Source: an uncultured Collinsella sp.
GTDB lineage: Bacteria; Actinomycetota; Coriobacteriia; Coriobacteriales; Coriobacteriaceae
Direction of reading: 5' to 3'
NCBI GenBank assembly: GCA_900544095.1
Contig: UQTV01000006.1
Location: 32,184 to 96,183 of the forward strand
DNA: 64,000 nucleotides
Made by a program: the position numbers and the translations under genes. Under the pieces are notes generated by a model. That model searched no databases and was not told the origin of the DNA. It worked only from the letters and a program-made list of their open reading frames with translations. The number at the start of each line of letters is the position of its first letter. Position 1 is the first letter of the stretch. Shown piece after piece: positions 9,282 through 18,476 of this stretch.

Positions 9282-12023
9282 GTGGCAGACGATATCAACA
9301 ACAACGAGGGTATGGACGAGGCTGGCGACGCCGGCATGCCCGATGATCTGAAGCGCCTGCTCGCCCGCGCTGAGCAGGGCGAGGACGGCGATCCGGATTC
9401 CTATAACCCCGACGCCGAGGATGAAGAGGATGAGGATGACGACGCCGAGCTCGAGGAGAGCTTCGGTGCGGTCGATCGTGGCGCCTCGGCCGGCGAGGAT
9501 ATCAACGGCGGTCAGCTCCAGATTTCGGAGTTCGGCCGCGAGATGAAGCAGTCGTTCATCGAGTACTCGATGTCGGTCATCACGGCGCGCGCCCTGCCGG
9601 ACGTGCGCGACGGCCTAAAGCCGGTGCACCGCCGCATCCTGTATGCCATGAACGAGAGCGGCATCTACCCCAACCGCCCGCATAAGAAGTCGGCCTGGAC
9701 GGTCGGCGAAGTTATCGGCAAGTACCATCCGCACGGTGACTTCGCGGTCTACGAGGCCATGGTTCGTCTGGCGCAGTGGTTCTCCATGCGCACACCGCTC
9801 ATCGATGGCCACGGCAACTTCGGCAACATCGATGGCGACGGCGCGGCGGCTATGCGTTATACCGAGAGCCGCCTGGCAAAGCCCGCCATGGAGCTGCTGC
9901 GCGACCTGCAAAAGGATACCGTCGACTGGCAGCCCAACTACGACGAGTCGCTCGCCGAGCCCGTGGCGCTGCCCGCACGCTTTCCCAACCTGCTGGTCAA
10001 CGGCAGCCAGGGCATCGCCGTCGGCATGGCCACCAATATCGCTCCGCACAACCTCACCGAGGCGATCGAGGCCACCTGCTACCTGATCGACAATCCCGAT
10101 GCCACCGTCGATGAGCTTATGCAGATCATGCCCGGTCCGGACTTCCCCACCGGCGCCATCATCATGGGCAGTGCCGGCATTAAGCAGAGCTACGAGACCG
10201 GTCGCGGCTCCATCACCGTGCGCGCCAAGGCCCACGTGGAATCCACCAAGACCGGCCGCAGCCGCCTGGTCTTTACCGAGATCCCTTACATGGTCAACAA
10301 GGGCACCCTGCAGGAGAAGATCGCCCAGCTCGTGAACGACAAGCGCATCGAGGGTATCTCGGACATGCGCGACGAGTCCAACCAGAAGGGTATCCGTCTG
10401 GTCATCGAGCTCAAGAAGGGCGTCATCCCGCAGGTCGTGCTCAACAACCTGTATAAGTACACCTCGCTGCAGACGACCTTTGGCGCCAACAACCTGGCGC
10501 TCGTCAACGGCGTTCCAAAATGCCTGAGCCTGCGCGAGATGCTGCAGCACTACATCGACCACCAGGTCGACGTCGTCACCCGCCGCACCCGCTTCGACCT
10601 TAAGAAGGCCCAGGCGCGCGCCCATATCCTCGAGGGCTACTTGATGGCTCTCGACCATATCGACGAGGTCATCAGCATTATCCGCTCCTCGCAGACCGAC
10701 TCCGAGGCCAGCAGCCGCCTGATCGAGCGCTTTGGCTTTACGCCCGAGCAGACCACGGCCATCCTCGAGATGAAGCTGCGCCGCCTGACCGGCCTGGAGC
10801 GCGACAAGATCCAGGAAGAGCTGGACGGCCTGCGCCGCGCCATCGCCTACTACGAGGACCTGCTGGCGCATGAGGAGAAGATCCTGGGCGTCATCAAGGA
10901 GGAGATGCGCGAGATCTCGAAGAAGTTTGGCGACAAACGCCGCACCGAGATCAGCCATGTCGAGAAGGACCTGGATGTCGAGGACCTCATTGCCGACGAG
11001 GACATGGTTGTGACCATTACCCACACCGGCTACGTGAAGCGTATCCCGGTAGCTGCCTACCGTGCTCAGAAGCGCGGCGGCAAGGGCGTGTCGGGCGTCA
11101 ACCTTAAAGAGGATGACGTCATCGACGAGATGTTTATCGCATCCACGCACGAGTACGTGCTGTTCTTCTCGAGCAAGGGCAGGGTCTACCGCCTCAAGGT
11201 GCACGAGCTGCCGGTCGGTACGCGCCAGGCGCGCGGTACCGCGATCGTCAACCTGCTGCCCTTTGAGGAAGGCGAGAAGATCGCGAGCGTCATCAGCTGT
11301 CGCGAGTTCCCCGCCGACGAGTACCTGATGTTTGCCACCAAGAGCGGCATGGTCAAGAAGACCGTGATGAGCGCCTACGACCGTAGCCGCCGTGATGGTC
11401 TGATCGCCATCAACCTGAGGGACGACGACGCGCTGCTCGCCGTGCGCCGTGTGCGCGAGGGCGACAAGATCATCCTGGCCACCACTGCGGGCAAGGCGAT
11501 TATGTTCCCCGAGGACCAAGTTCGCGCCACGGGACGCGACACCAGCGGCGTTCGCGGTATTAGCATGAAAGACGGCGTGGGCGTTTTGGGTATGGAGGTT
11601 ACCAACGGCAATGGTGACCTGTTTGTCATCACCGAGCGCGGCTACGGCAAGCGCACGCCGGTTGCGGACTACCCGGAGCAGAATCGCGGCGGCCAGGGTG
11701 TCTACACCATCCAAATGACCGAGCGTAAGGGTAACCTCGCGGCCATGAAGACGGTGGGCCCGCAGCACGAGCTGTTCATCGTGACAGAGGGCGCGACGGT
11801 CATTCGCGTCAAGACAGACGAGATCAGCCAGACCGGCCGCGCCACCCAGGGCGTCAAGATGATGACCGTCGACGACAACGACCGCATTTGCGCCGTAGCC
11901 CGCATGACGGCCGCCAAAGAGAAGCCCGAAGGCGAAGCTACAGAAGACGACTCTGCCCCCGAAGAAGCCCCTGTCGATCTAGGCGACGGCAACGACATGC
12001 CAGAAGATCTCCTAGACGAGTAA
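9282..12023 (+). CDS. gyrA: DNA gyrase subunit A, with acidic N-terminal extension and acidic C-terminal tail
   Basis: 913 aa with [19 protein letters not shown], the active-site region AAMRYTE and C-terminal beta-pinwheel repeats. The first ~85 aa are D/E-rich and not part of the canonical GyrA. Confidence 0.97.
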   Translation: MADDINNNEGMDEAGDAGMPDDLKRLLARAEQGEDGDPDSYNPDAEDEEDEDDDAELEESFGAVDRGASAGEDINGGQLQISEFGREMKQSFIEYSMSVITARALPDVRDGLKPVHRRILYAMNESGIYPNRPHKKSAWTVGEVIGKYHPHGDFAVYEAMVRLAQWFSMRTPLIDGHGNFGNIDGDGAAAMRYTESRLAKPAMELLRDLQKDTVDWQPNYDESLAEPVALPARFPNLLVNGSQGIAVGMATNIAPHNLTEAIEATCYLIDNPDATVDELMQIMPGPDFPTGAIIMGSAGIKQSYETGRGSITVRAKAHVESTKTGRSRLVFTEIPYMVNKGTLQEKIAQLVNDKRIEGISDMRDESNQKGIRLVIELKKGVIPQVVLNNLYKYTSLQTTFGANNLALVNGVPKCLSLREMLQHYIDHQVDVVTRRTRFDLKKAQARAHILEGYLMALDHIDEVISIIRSSQTDSEASSRLIERFGFTPEQTTAILEMKLRRLTGLERDKIQEELDGLRRAIAYYEDLLAHEEKILGVIKEEMREISKKFGDKRRTEISHVEKDLDVEDLIADEDMVVTITHTGYVKRIPVAAYRAQKRGGKGVSGVNLKEDDVIDEMFIASTHEYVLFFSSKGRVYRLKVHELPVGTRQARGTAIVNLLPFEEGEKIASVISCREFPADEYLMFATKSGMVKKTVMSAYDRSRRDGLIAINLRDDDALLAVRRVREGDKIILATTAGKAIMFPEDQVRATGRDTSGVRGISMKDGVGVLGMEVTNGNGDLFVITERGYGKRTPVADYPEQNRGGQGVYTIQMTERKGNLAAMKTVGPQHELFIVTEGATVIRVKTDEISQTGRATQGVKMMTVDDNDRICAVARMTAAKEKPEGEATEDDSAPEEAPVDLGDGNDMPEDLLDE

Positions 12024-12064
12024 GAGGCCCTAGCTGGTAAAAAATTATCAGATCCCATATATCG

Positions 12065-12097
12065 GCGGTCGGCGCACTGCGCGCCGACCGCTTTTTT
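12065..12097 (+). terminator. rho-independent terminator after gyrA
   Basis: Stem GCGGTCGGCGC / GCGCCGACCGC followed by TTTTTT. Confidence 0.75.
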
Positions 12098-12114
12098 GAC
12101 AACCTTGGACCCGC

Positions 12115-12252
12115 GTTCGCCCCGGCCGCGCGGCGGCATATGAAGTCGATCGCGAGTTCCGCACGAGCCGGAGAGCACTTAATGTGCTCTCCGTACGAGT
12201 CAGGACTGTCCGAGCAGGCGACTTCATATGCCGCCGCGCGGCCGGGGCGAAC
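12115..12252. repeat. 138-bp palindromic element with perfect 33-bp terminal inverted repeats
   Basis: GTTCGCCCCGGCCGCGCGGCGGCATATGAAGTC at 12115-12147 is the exact reverse complement of 12220-12252. The 72-nt core contains an inner hairpin GGAGAGCAC-TTAA-GTGCTCTCC. Confidence 0.85.
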
Positions 12253-12323
12253 CCCTCCCAAAGATTTTCAAAAAAGTTGTTGACGCGCGCGTAACGACTC
12301 GTCTAATATATCCCTTGCGCGAT

Positions 12324-12400
12324 GGACCTGTAGCTCAGTTGGTTAGAGCGTCCGGCTGATAACCGGGAGGTCACAAGTTCGAATCTTGTCAGGTCCACCA
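12324..12400 (+). tRNA. tRNA-Ile (GAT), CCA encoded
   Basis: Acceptor GGACCTG/CAGGTCC, D-loop AGCTCAGTTGGTTAGAGC, anticodon loop CTGATAA and T-loop GTTCGAATC. Confidence 0.95.
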
Positions 12401-12411
12401 CTTTCTTTCGC

Positions 12412-12456
12412 AATAAACACCCCAGCGAGAGCCGAGTCGCCGCTGGGGTGTTTATT
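12412..12456 (+). other. perfect 16-bp-stem hairpin between tRNA-Ile and tRNA-Ala
   Basis: AATAAACACCCCAGCG at 12412-12427 pairs with CGCTGGGGTGTTTATT at 12441-12456. It may be a processing or termination structure. Confidence 0.6.
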
Positions 12457-12467
12457 ACTGTCTCCGT

Positions 12468-12543
12468 GGGGGTTTAGCTCAGCTGGGAGAGCGCGGGCTT
12501 TGCAAGCCTGAGGTCAGGGGTTCGATCCCCCTAACCTCCACCA
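12468..12543 (+). tRNA. tRNA-Ala (TGC), CCA encoded
   Basis: Acceptor GGGGGTT/AACCTCC with the G3:U70 identity pair, anticodon loop CTTTGCAAG and T-loop GTTCGATCC. Confidence 0.95.
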
Positions 12544-12547
12544 TGAT

Positions 12548-12624
12548 GGACCTGTAGCTCAGTTGGTTAGAGCGTCCGGCTGATAACCGGGAGGTCACAA
12601 GTTCGAATCTTGTCAGGTCCACCA
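12548..12624 (+). tRNA. tRNA-Ile (GAT), second identical copy
   Basis: Sequence identical to 12324-12400. Confidence 0.95.
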
Positions 12625-12638
12625 TCAAAACTGTGAAG

Positions 12639-12668
12639 AGCCCTGGGGCGTTGCCTCGGGGCTTTTTT
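12639..12668 (+). terminator. rho-independent terminator after the tRNA cluster
   Basis: Hairpin GCCCTGGGGC-GTT-GCCTCGGGGC followed by TTTTTT. Confidence 0.7.
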
Positions 12669-12782
12669 CTTGTCTGCGATAAATCTCATTTTGGTTTTGT
12701 GTGCTGTGCGAAAGATTGGGTAGTATAGCTATTCAATGCGGCGGGCTGCCGCGTGTTAACCGCTACGTACCGGAGGTGTTCC

Positions 12783-13283
12783 ATGGTTCGTGTCGACATA
12801 GAGACCATCGTCATGGCCGCCGGTCCCGTGCCATCGCTTATCGTGCTTCGCGAGCGCTGCAGCAAATCGGACTCGCCCGCGCCACTTCGTTCTCTTTCCA
12901 TTCAGACTGGTTCGTTTGAAGCTGCTGCCATTAGCCGCGGCATCGATAGCGGCCGCGCCGAGCGCCCGATCACCCATGACCTGCTGCTCGATACCGTTGA
13001 CGCCCTGGGCGCCAAGCTCGAGCGCATTGAGATCGTTCGCGCCGAGCCGCCGGTGTTCTACGCGACGATCGTCGTACTGGCCGATGGTGACGAGCGCAAG
13101 ATCGACGCCCGCCCCAGTGATGCCATTGCCCTTGCCGTGCGCAGCAATGCTCCCATGTTTGTGGAGGACGACATCATGAACCGCCTGGGGACCGTCTCTC
13201 CGGTTGCCGAGGAAATCGATGACGAGCAGGAATTTGAGAAGTTCGACGAGTTCGTCCATACGCTCTCGCCCGATGATTTTTAA
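12783..13283 (+). CDS. bifunctional nuclease (BFN / DUF151) family protein
   Basis: Contains RPITHDLLLDTVDALGAKLERIEIV, FYATIVV and IDARPSDAIALAVR, which fit the BFN pattern. The start was trimmed to MVRVDIE, which follows a GGAGG RBS. Confidence 0.75.
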   Translation: MVRVDIETIVMAAGPVPSLIVLRERCSKSDSPAPLRSLSIQTGSFEAAAISRGIDSGRAERPITHDLLLDTVDALGAKLERIEIVRAEPPVFYATIVVLADGDERKIDARPSDAIALAVRSNAPMFVEDDIMNRLGTVSPVAEEIDDEQEFEKFDEFVHTLSPDDF

Positions 13284-13673
13284 ATGACGGGTAGCCATGA
13301 GACGGAGTGTGCACTGATGGAGCGTGGCGTCTCGGCCGAGGCCGCCGCCATTGCCCGCGAGGCCCAGATGCGCTCGGAGGCATCCGAGGCCGCACGCATC
13401 GCCTATGTGACGCAGGCCCGCACGCTTCGCGAACGCCGTGCCTCCTTTATCAAGATGGTTGCCGTCTCCGCCCTTGTCGCGGCAATCTCATCGCGCCTTC
13501 GTGGTACAGTTGGTGCGCTTGGGTTTTCGATTTCGACGGGCTTGGTCATTTGGGGCGTGGTCGATGCCGTGATGCTGACCAACCAGATTAAGGTACTCGA
13601 TAAGCGCGCCGCCGATATGATGCGCGCCCGCGACGCCGCCGCCGAGATCGCTGCCGAGGCACAAGAGATGTAA
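13284..13673 (+). CDS. hypothetical membrane protein
   Basis: 129-aa ORF whose ATG directly abuts the BFN stop (TAAATG). It has a coiled, A/R/E-rich N-terminus and two hydrophobic segments. No family recognised. Confidence 0.5.
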   Translation: MTGSHETECALMERGVSAEAAAIAREAQMRSEASEAARIAYVTQARTLRERRASFIKMVAVSALVAAISSRLRGTVGALGFSISTGLVIWGVVDAVMLTNQIKVLDKRAADMMRARDAAAEIAAEAQEM

Positions 13674-13703
13674 CGACGCCGGACTCGATGGGAAGGTCTA
13701 AAA

Positions 13704-14153
13704 ATGGCACAGGATATGCAGGACGCCGGAAACGTCTCCGCCGAGCTCGACGCCATGGTGTGCGACCTCATCGGGGCATTTTTAGACGACCTGGCCGCTG
13801 GTGAGAACCCCGGCGTTGTCGTTGCGATCGAAGACGCCGCGTCCAACCGCTATCTGGCGGCACTCGACGAGGACGGCGAGGAGGCATGCCTCGAGGCTGC
13901 CACCAACTTTATCTCCGAGCACAAGATGGGCCTTAAGGACGAGGGCCTAGGTCGCATCGCCCGTTACGCCATCGGCTACACCGGTTGTGTCGAAATTGAT
14001 GGCGGCTACCATGACGCCCTGCTTGTGAGTTTCTTTGAGACGACGCTCGAGAGCGGCTTTTCGGCATATGTACTGTACGAGGGTGTGGGCGCCGGCGATG
14101 GTTTTATGTGGAGCGACCCTGAACCTGCAGGCGAGGAAACCCCTCTTATCTAA
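13704..14153 (+). CDS. hypothetical acidic protein
   Basis: 149-aa ORF, strongly acidic and on the same strand as its neighbours. No family recognised. Confidence 0.5.
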   Translation: MAQDMQDAGNVSAELDAMVCDLIGAFLDDLAAGENPGVVVAIEDAASNRYLAALDEDGEEACLEAATNFISEHKMGLKDEGLGRIARYAIGYTGCVEIDGGYHDALLVSFFETTLESGFSAYVLYEGVGAGDGFMWSDPEPAGEETPLI

Positions 14154-14270
14154 AATCGCTAAAATAAACGAGTTTTCGGTAAAAGGCTCAAAATTCCCGC
14201 CGAGCGTTGTGTTACTGGGCGGGTCGCATACGCGTGCCGGTTGTATATAGATAGAAGATAGGGGAACTAC

Positions 14271-16109
14271 ATGCGCGTAGACAATCTGAGGAACATCGCC
14301 ATCATCGCTCACGTCGACCACGGCAAGACGACGATGGTCGACAAGCTCCTGCGTGCCACGGACGCCTTCCGTGCCAACCAGCAGGTCGAGGACCGCGTCC
14401 TGGATTCTAACGACCAGGAGCGCGAGCGCGGCATTACGATTCTCGCCAAGAACATCTCTATCGAGTACAAGGACGTTAAGATCAACGTCATCGACACCCC
14501 GGGCCACGCTGACTTTGGCGGCGAGGTCGAGCGCGTGCTGCGTATGGCCGACGGCGCCCTGCTGCTGGTCGATGCCTTTGAGGGCCCCATGCCCCAGACC
14601 CGCTTCGTGCTGCGTCACGCCATCGACACCGGCCTCAAGATCATGATCGTCATCAACAAGATCGACCGTCCGGGCGCCAACCCCGAGAAGGCCTACAACG
14701 ACTGCCTGGACCTGATGGCCGACCTGGGCGCCACCGACGACCAGCTTGAGTTTGCCATGGAGCACGTGGTCTACGCCAGCGCCATGAATGGCTTTGCCCG
14801 CCTTGACCCCAACGACGGCAACATGGACATGTATCCGCTGCTCGATATGATCATCGACGACATGCCCGCGCCCGAGGTTGACGAGAACGCCCCGCTGGCC
14901 ATGCAGTGTGTGACCATCGACCACTCCAACTTCGTTGGCCGCATCGGTATCGGTCGCGTGTACTCCGGCACCATTCACCAGGGCGATCAGATCCTGGTCG
15001 TCAAGAACGACGGTTCCAGCGCTACCGCTACCGTCAAGCAGCTCTTTACTTTCGACTACCTGGGTCGCACCGAGTGCCAGGAAGTCGGCGCCGGTGATAT
15101 CGCCGCCGTCGTGGGCATCGACCGCACCGATATCGGCGATGTCTACACCGATCCCGAGAACCCCGTTGAGCTCGAACCCATCGAGATCGACCCGCCGACC
15201 CTGTCCATCGTCTTTGAGGCTTCGACCTCCCCGCTCGTCGGCCGCGACGGCGACATCGTGGGTGCCCGTCAGCTCAAGGAGCGCCTGTTCAACGAGGCCG
15301 AGAACAACGTGACCATGAAGATCGAGGAGCTCGAGGACAAGAGCGGCGTCGAGGTCTCGGGCCGCGGCATTCTGCACCTGTCCGTCCTGATGGAGTCCAT
15401 GCGTCGCGAGGGCTTTGAGTTCCAGGTCGGCCGTCCCCGCGTTCTGTTTAAGAAGGACGAGAACGGCAATAAGATGGAGCCCGTCGAGCAGGCCGTCGTC
15501 GAGTGCCCGGACGAGTATTCGGGCAAGGTCGTTGAGGTCTTCGGCACCTCCGGCGGCATCATGACGAGCATGGATACCTCGGGTATCGTGACGCACCTCG
15601 AGTTTAAGATCCCGACCCGCGGCATCATGGGTCTTAAGAACCGCATCATGAACGTCACTCACGGCGAGGGCGTGTTCTACCACACCTTCCTGGAGTACGG
15701 CCCCTATGCCGGCGAGATCGGCAACCGCCAGAACGGCGCCATGATCTCCATGACCACCGAGAAAGCCGTTGCCTACGCTCTGGGCACGCTGCAGGAGCGC
15801 GGCCAGCTGTTTGTTGAGCCGGGTACCGAATGCTACGAGGGCATGATCGTGGGCGAGCGCAGCAAGGCCGGCGACATGGTCGTCAACATCGCCCGTACCA
15901 AGAACCTGGGCAACCAGCGCTCCTCGACCTCCGATATCTCCGTCCAGCTGGTGCCGCCCCGCACCTTCTCGCTGGAGGAGGCGCTGGAGTACATCGCCGA
16001 CGACGAGCTGGTGGAGATCACTCCCAAGAACATCCGCCTGCGCAAGCGTCTGCTCAATGCCACCGACCGCAAGAAGGCCGCCGTCCGCGCCGGTCAGGTC
16101 AACAAATAA
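14271..16109 (+). CDS. typA: translational GTPase TypA/BipA
   Basis: 612 aa with G1 [10 protein letters not shown]3 [12 protein letters not shown] and G4 NKIDR, plus an EF-G-like domain order and the BipA C-terminal domain. Confidence 0.93.
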   Translation: MRVDNLRNIAIIAHVDHGKTTMVDKLLRATDAFRANQQVEDRVLDSNDQERERGITILAKNISIEYKDVKINVIDTPGHADFGGEVERVLRMADGALLLVDAFEGPMPQTRFVLRHAIDTGLKIMIVINKIDRPGANPEKAYNDCLDLMADLGATDDQLEFAMEHVVYASAMNGFARLDPNDGNMDMYPLLDMIIDDMPAPEVDENAPLAMQCVTIDHSNFVGRIGIGRVYSGTIHQGDQILVVKNDGSSATATVKQLFTFDYLGRTECQEVGAGDIAAVVGIDRTDIGDVYTDPENPVELEPIEIDPPTLSIVFEASTSPLVGRDGDIVGARQLKERLFNEAENNVTMKIEELEDKSGVEVSGRGILHLSVLMESMRREGFEFQVGRPRVLFKKDENGNKMEPVEQAVVECPDEYSGKVVEVFGTSGGIMTSMDTSGIVTHLEFKIPTRGIMGLKNRIMNVTHGEGVFYHTFLEYGPYAGEIGNRQNGAMISMTTEKAVAYALGTLQERGQLFVEPGTECYEGMIVGERSKAGDMVVNIARTKNLGNQRSSTSDISVQLVPPRTFSLEEALEYIADDELVEITPKNIRLRKRLLNATDRKKAAVRAGQVNK

Positions 16110-16137
16110 GCGCTAAGCTTTATAGCGACTAACAAGA

Positions 16138-16171
16138 AAGGGCGCCGACCGCAATGGTCGGCGCCCTTTTT
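16138..16171 (+). terminator. rho-independent terminator after typA
   Basis: AAGGGCGCCGACC-loop-GGTCGGCGCCCTT followed by a T-run. Confidence 0.75.
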
Positions 16172-16232
16172 GGTGCAAGGGGGACAGGTTCGCTTGCACC
16201 ACCACAAAGGTGCCTGTCCCCTTTGTGGTGGT
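16172..16232. repeat. two adjacent palindromic units with GGGGACAG / CTGTCCCC cores
   Basis: One hairpin is GGTGCAAGGGGGACAGGTTCGCTTGCACC at 16172-16200. The second is ACCACCACAAAGGTGCCTGTCCCCTTTGTGGTGGT at 16198-32, whose exact reverse complement recurs at 60286-60320. Confidence 0.85.
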
Positions 16233-16238
16233 TGGCAG

Positions 16239-17384
16239 CTAGGCGGTGGGGAGTTCCGGCGTATTAGCCGGCTGTTGCGACTTGAGGTGAGCGTTGCGCC
16301 AGATGATCTGGATAACATAGCCGAGCGTGAAGACAAAGGCCACGCCGCTGATGAAATCGCCTACGAGGGGGATTGCCGTAAGTGCACCTGCGATCACGCC
16401 GCCGGCGGCCGCCATGGCGTAGCGGTTCTGGCTGTGTCCGACCATGCGCGCGATCGCGCACCCTGCAAAGGCACTCGACACCAGCGCGATGCCAATAACA
16501 CCGCACATGAGGGCTCCGGCAAGCGACAGACCAGCGATAGAGATAATTAGCAGTAGGACGGCGGGGACGATAGCAATCGTGCCCAGAAGACCGCTCACCC
16601 ACAGGGGCATGGGGCGCTGGTGGAGCATGCCGGCGGCGCTGGCGGTTACGCGCGGAAAGACGAGTTCGAGCAGTAGGGCGACAAAGCAGGCCGAGAGTGC
16701 CGCGGCGACGATACCGCCGATGACATCGTTAACGGTGGAAGTATCCTCGCTCTCGGTGCGGTCGATCTTGAGCGCGCCGACCTCGGCTCCCGCGGCGCGC
16801 TCGGGGTCCTCGGAGACGTGCGCGTTCACGGTGCCGGTGATGTGGGCGTTCTTGCCCAGGATGAGCTTATCGGCCCAAACCTCGACATCGCCCTCGACGG
16901 TGCCATCGATAGTCACCGTATCGCCCGCAAGCGCTGCCGACTTGGTAGAGCCGCGCAGGGCAACCGTCTCGCCTATCGCATAGAAACAGTTGGTGGTGCT
17001 GTCGGAATTGAGCACGACATGCTGGCCGGCAACGGTCACGCTGCCATCGATTGCGGTTTTGGAGATATCGATGGTGCGCGCCGCCAGGCGAACGGCTCCG
17101 CCTACGGTGCAGTCGCGAATCGATAGGCTGTTGCCTGCCGCGATAATATCGCGGCCGATGGAGGCATCGTCCAGGTTAAGGCTTTGGCCAGCCCAGTACA
17201 GGTCGCCCTCGGCACCAGACGGATTTGAGTCAGCTTCGGTTGCGAGTACGTTGCCCGCGGTGTCTGTGCCGGCGAACGACGCCGTGGGAAGTACGGTCAG
17301 CGCAAGAGCAATCAGTACGAATAGGAGGGCGATGCGGGCCTGCGCTTTGTGGCGCTTGGTCGACGGTTCTAGGTTGCAAGGCAT
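16239..17384 (-). CDS. membrane protein with an extracytoplasmic bactofilin-like beta-helix repeat region and a polytopic C-terminal anchor
   Basis: Signal/TM segment RIALLFVLIALALTVLPTASFA, then repeated G-D/N-x-hydrophobic turns (IGRDIIAAGNSLSI, VGGAVRLAARTIDI, IDGSVTVAG, IDGTVEGDVEVWA), then ~5 hydrophobic helices. The start was trimmed to MPCNLEP after a GAAGGA RBS. Confidence 0.6.
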   Translation of the reverse strand: MPCNLEPSTKRHKAQARIALLFVLIALALTVLPTASFAGTDTAGNVLATEADSNPSGAEGDLYWAGQSLNLDDASIGRDIIAAGNSLSIRDCTVGGAVRLAARTIDISKTAIDGSVTVAGQHVVLNSDSTTNCFYAIGETVALRGSTKSAALAGDTVTIDGTVEGDVEVWADKLILGKNAHITGTVNAHVSEDPERAAGAEVGALKIDRTESEDTSTVNDVIGGIVAAALSACFVALLLELVFPRVTASAAGMLHQRPMPLWVSGLLGTIAIVPAVLLLIISIAGLSLAGALMCGVIGIALVSSAFAGCAIARMVGHSQNRYAMAAAGGVIAGALTAIPLVGDFISGVAFVFTLGYVIQIIWRNAHLKSQQPANTPELPTA

Positions 17385-17490
17385 AGTGAATCCTTCGTTA
17401 GATACTCGGCATATATCTAACAGGGTACCCAACGTGCGAGCGCTCTAAAAGAACCTCTCGGTTGCATTTCGAAGGGTCGTGCCGTGCTAT

Positions 17491-18132
17491 CTACTTTTTG
17501 CGATGTAAAAAGTGCGCGATGTCTTCTTCGGTGGGGCTTTTGATGTCAAAGCGCAGCGAGAGCCAGCGCAGACCCATGGTCACGATAACGCATACGACCA
17601 GCGCGGCGACATTGCTGACCAAGCCACTCATGACGAGGCTTACATAGCTTGCCGATCCGGCGATGGCCGCGATGGCATAAAAGTTGGTGCGTTGGAAAAT
17701 GCCCGGAACCACGCCCATAAAGCCGTCGCGCAGCATGCCGCCGCCCACCGCGGTGAAGAAGCCCATCATGATGCAAACGACGGGTGCAAATCCGTAGACC
17801 AGTGCCTTGTCTGCGCCGGTTGCCGCATAGATGCCGACCGAGATGATGTCGAGCAGGGGGATGAGTTTGTCGGGCTTATCGACGATTGCCGGGAAGATGT
17901 AAATGATGGCCGCCGTGGCGATGGAGAGCGGCAGCGCCATTGGCTGGTTGAGGATGTAGACGTTGCCGACCTGGAGTGTCATGTCGCGCAAAAGACCGCC
18001 GCCCAGACCGCAGACTACCGCGAGTGCGACCGCGCCCACCAGGTCGAGCTTGTGTTCGCGCGCAACCAGCACACCCGAGATCGATGCGGCGACAACGGCG
18101 AACATCTCGAGCCAAAATGGGATAGCGACCAT
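17491..18132 (-). CDS. TRIC / UPF0126 (YadS-like) family membrane protein
   Basis: Two UPF0126 repeats are present. WLEMFAVVAASISGVLVAREHKLDLVGAVALAVVCGLGGGLLRDM parallels the E. coli YadS N-terminus. The start was trimmed to MVAIPFW, and a TTG at 18180 is an alternative. Confidence 0.7.
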   Translation of the reverse strand: MVAIPFWLEMFAVVAASISGVLVAREHKLDLVGAVALAVVCGLGGGLLRDMTLQVGNVYILNQPMALPLSIATAAIIYIFPAIVDKPDKLIPLLDIISVGIYAATGADKALVYGFAPVVCIMMGFFTAVGGGMLRDGFMGVVPGIFQRTNFYAIAAIAGSASYVSLVMSGLVSNVAALVVCVIVTMGLRWLSLRFDIKSPTEEDIAHFLHRKK

Positions 18133-18312
18133 GGCATCCGAGGCATGTGAGGTAACGGTTATAGCGGCGACGACGGGCAAGATGGGGTCCTTTGAGTTAC
18201 GGGTTTGGACAATGCCCGTACATAGTACATGTTCGGCGCCGATTGCGACCCTATTGCTCGGCAAACGGTCGGGACTGGGTACGGGCGTGGCATTGCTGGA
18301 AGGCCTGGGATC

Positions 18313-18382
18313 CAAAACATGTACGTCACCCTCCAAAGATGTCGAAAAATGTCGGTTTTGGAGGGTCACGTACATGTTTTTG
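18313..18382. repeat. 70-bp palindromic element (~24-bp arms, 1 mismatch)
   Basis: CAAAACATGTACGTCACCCTCCAAA at 18313-18337 pairs with TTTGGAGGGTCACGTACATGTTTTTG at 18357-18382. The loop carries a TGTCG-AAAAA-TGTCG direct repeat. Confidence 0.8.
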
Positions 18383-18390
18383 AGGGGGGC

Positions 18391-18413
18391 GGGTTCGAAT
18401 CCCTCCTCCTCCG
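18391..18413 (+). other. orphan 23-nt copy of the tRNA-Ser(CGA) T-arm and acceptor 3' end, inverted relative to the gene
   Basis: GGGTTCGAATCCCTCCTCCTCCG is identical to the reverse complement of 18480-18502, the 3' end of the adjacent minus-strand tRNA-Ser. Confidence 0.8.
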
Positions 18414-18435
18414 TATTTGCCCGTTAGGGACTCAA

Positions 18436-18464
18436 AACAAAAAAGCCCCCGTTTTCGGGAGCTT
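18436..18464 (-). terminator. rho-independent terminator downstream of the tRNA-Ser genes
   Basis: On the minus strand, AGCTCCCG-AAAA-CGGGGGCT is followed by TTTTTTGTTTT. Confidence 0.7.
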
Positions 18465-18476
18465 TCTCAACCTAAA

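Noticed and set aside
9615-11768. 717-aa minus-strand ORF antisense to gyrA. Similar long antisense ORFs occur at 13947-15683, 19139-20911, 22617-23831, 24346-25605, 26351-28318, 30875-32668, 33281-34186, 40738-41640, 41854-43017, 44602-46257, 49962-51713, 58228-60012 and 60814-62966.
   Set aside because: All lie opposite genes with clear family motifs, have low-complexity Arg/Ala/Gly/Val/His compositions, and lack an RBS or recognisable domains. They are treated as GC-driven artefacts.
12115-12252. Calling the long inverted-repeat elements (12115, 29037, 62804, 63749) IS elements or mobile_element features.
   Set aside because: None encodes a transposase, no target-site duplications are evident by eye, and copy number cannot be assessed from one window. 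They are reported as repeats or MITE-like candidates only.
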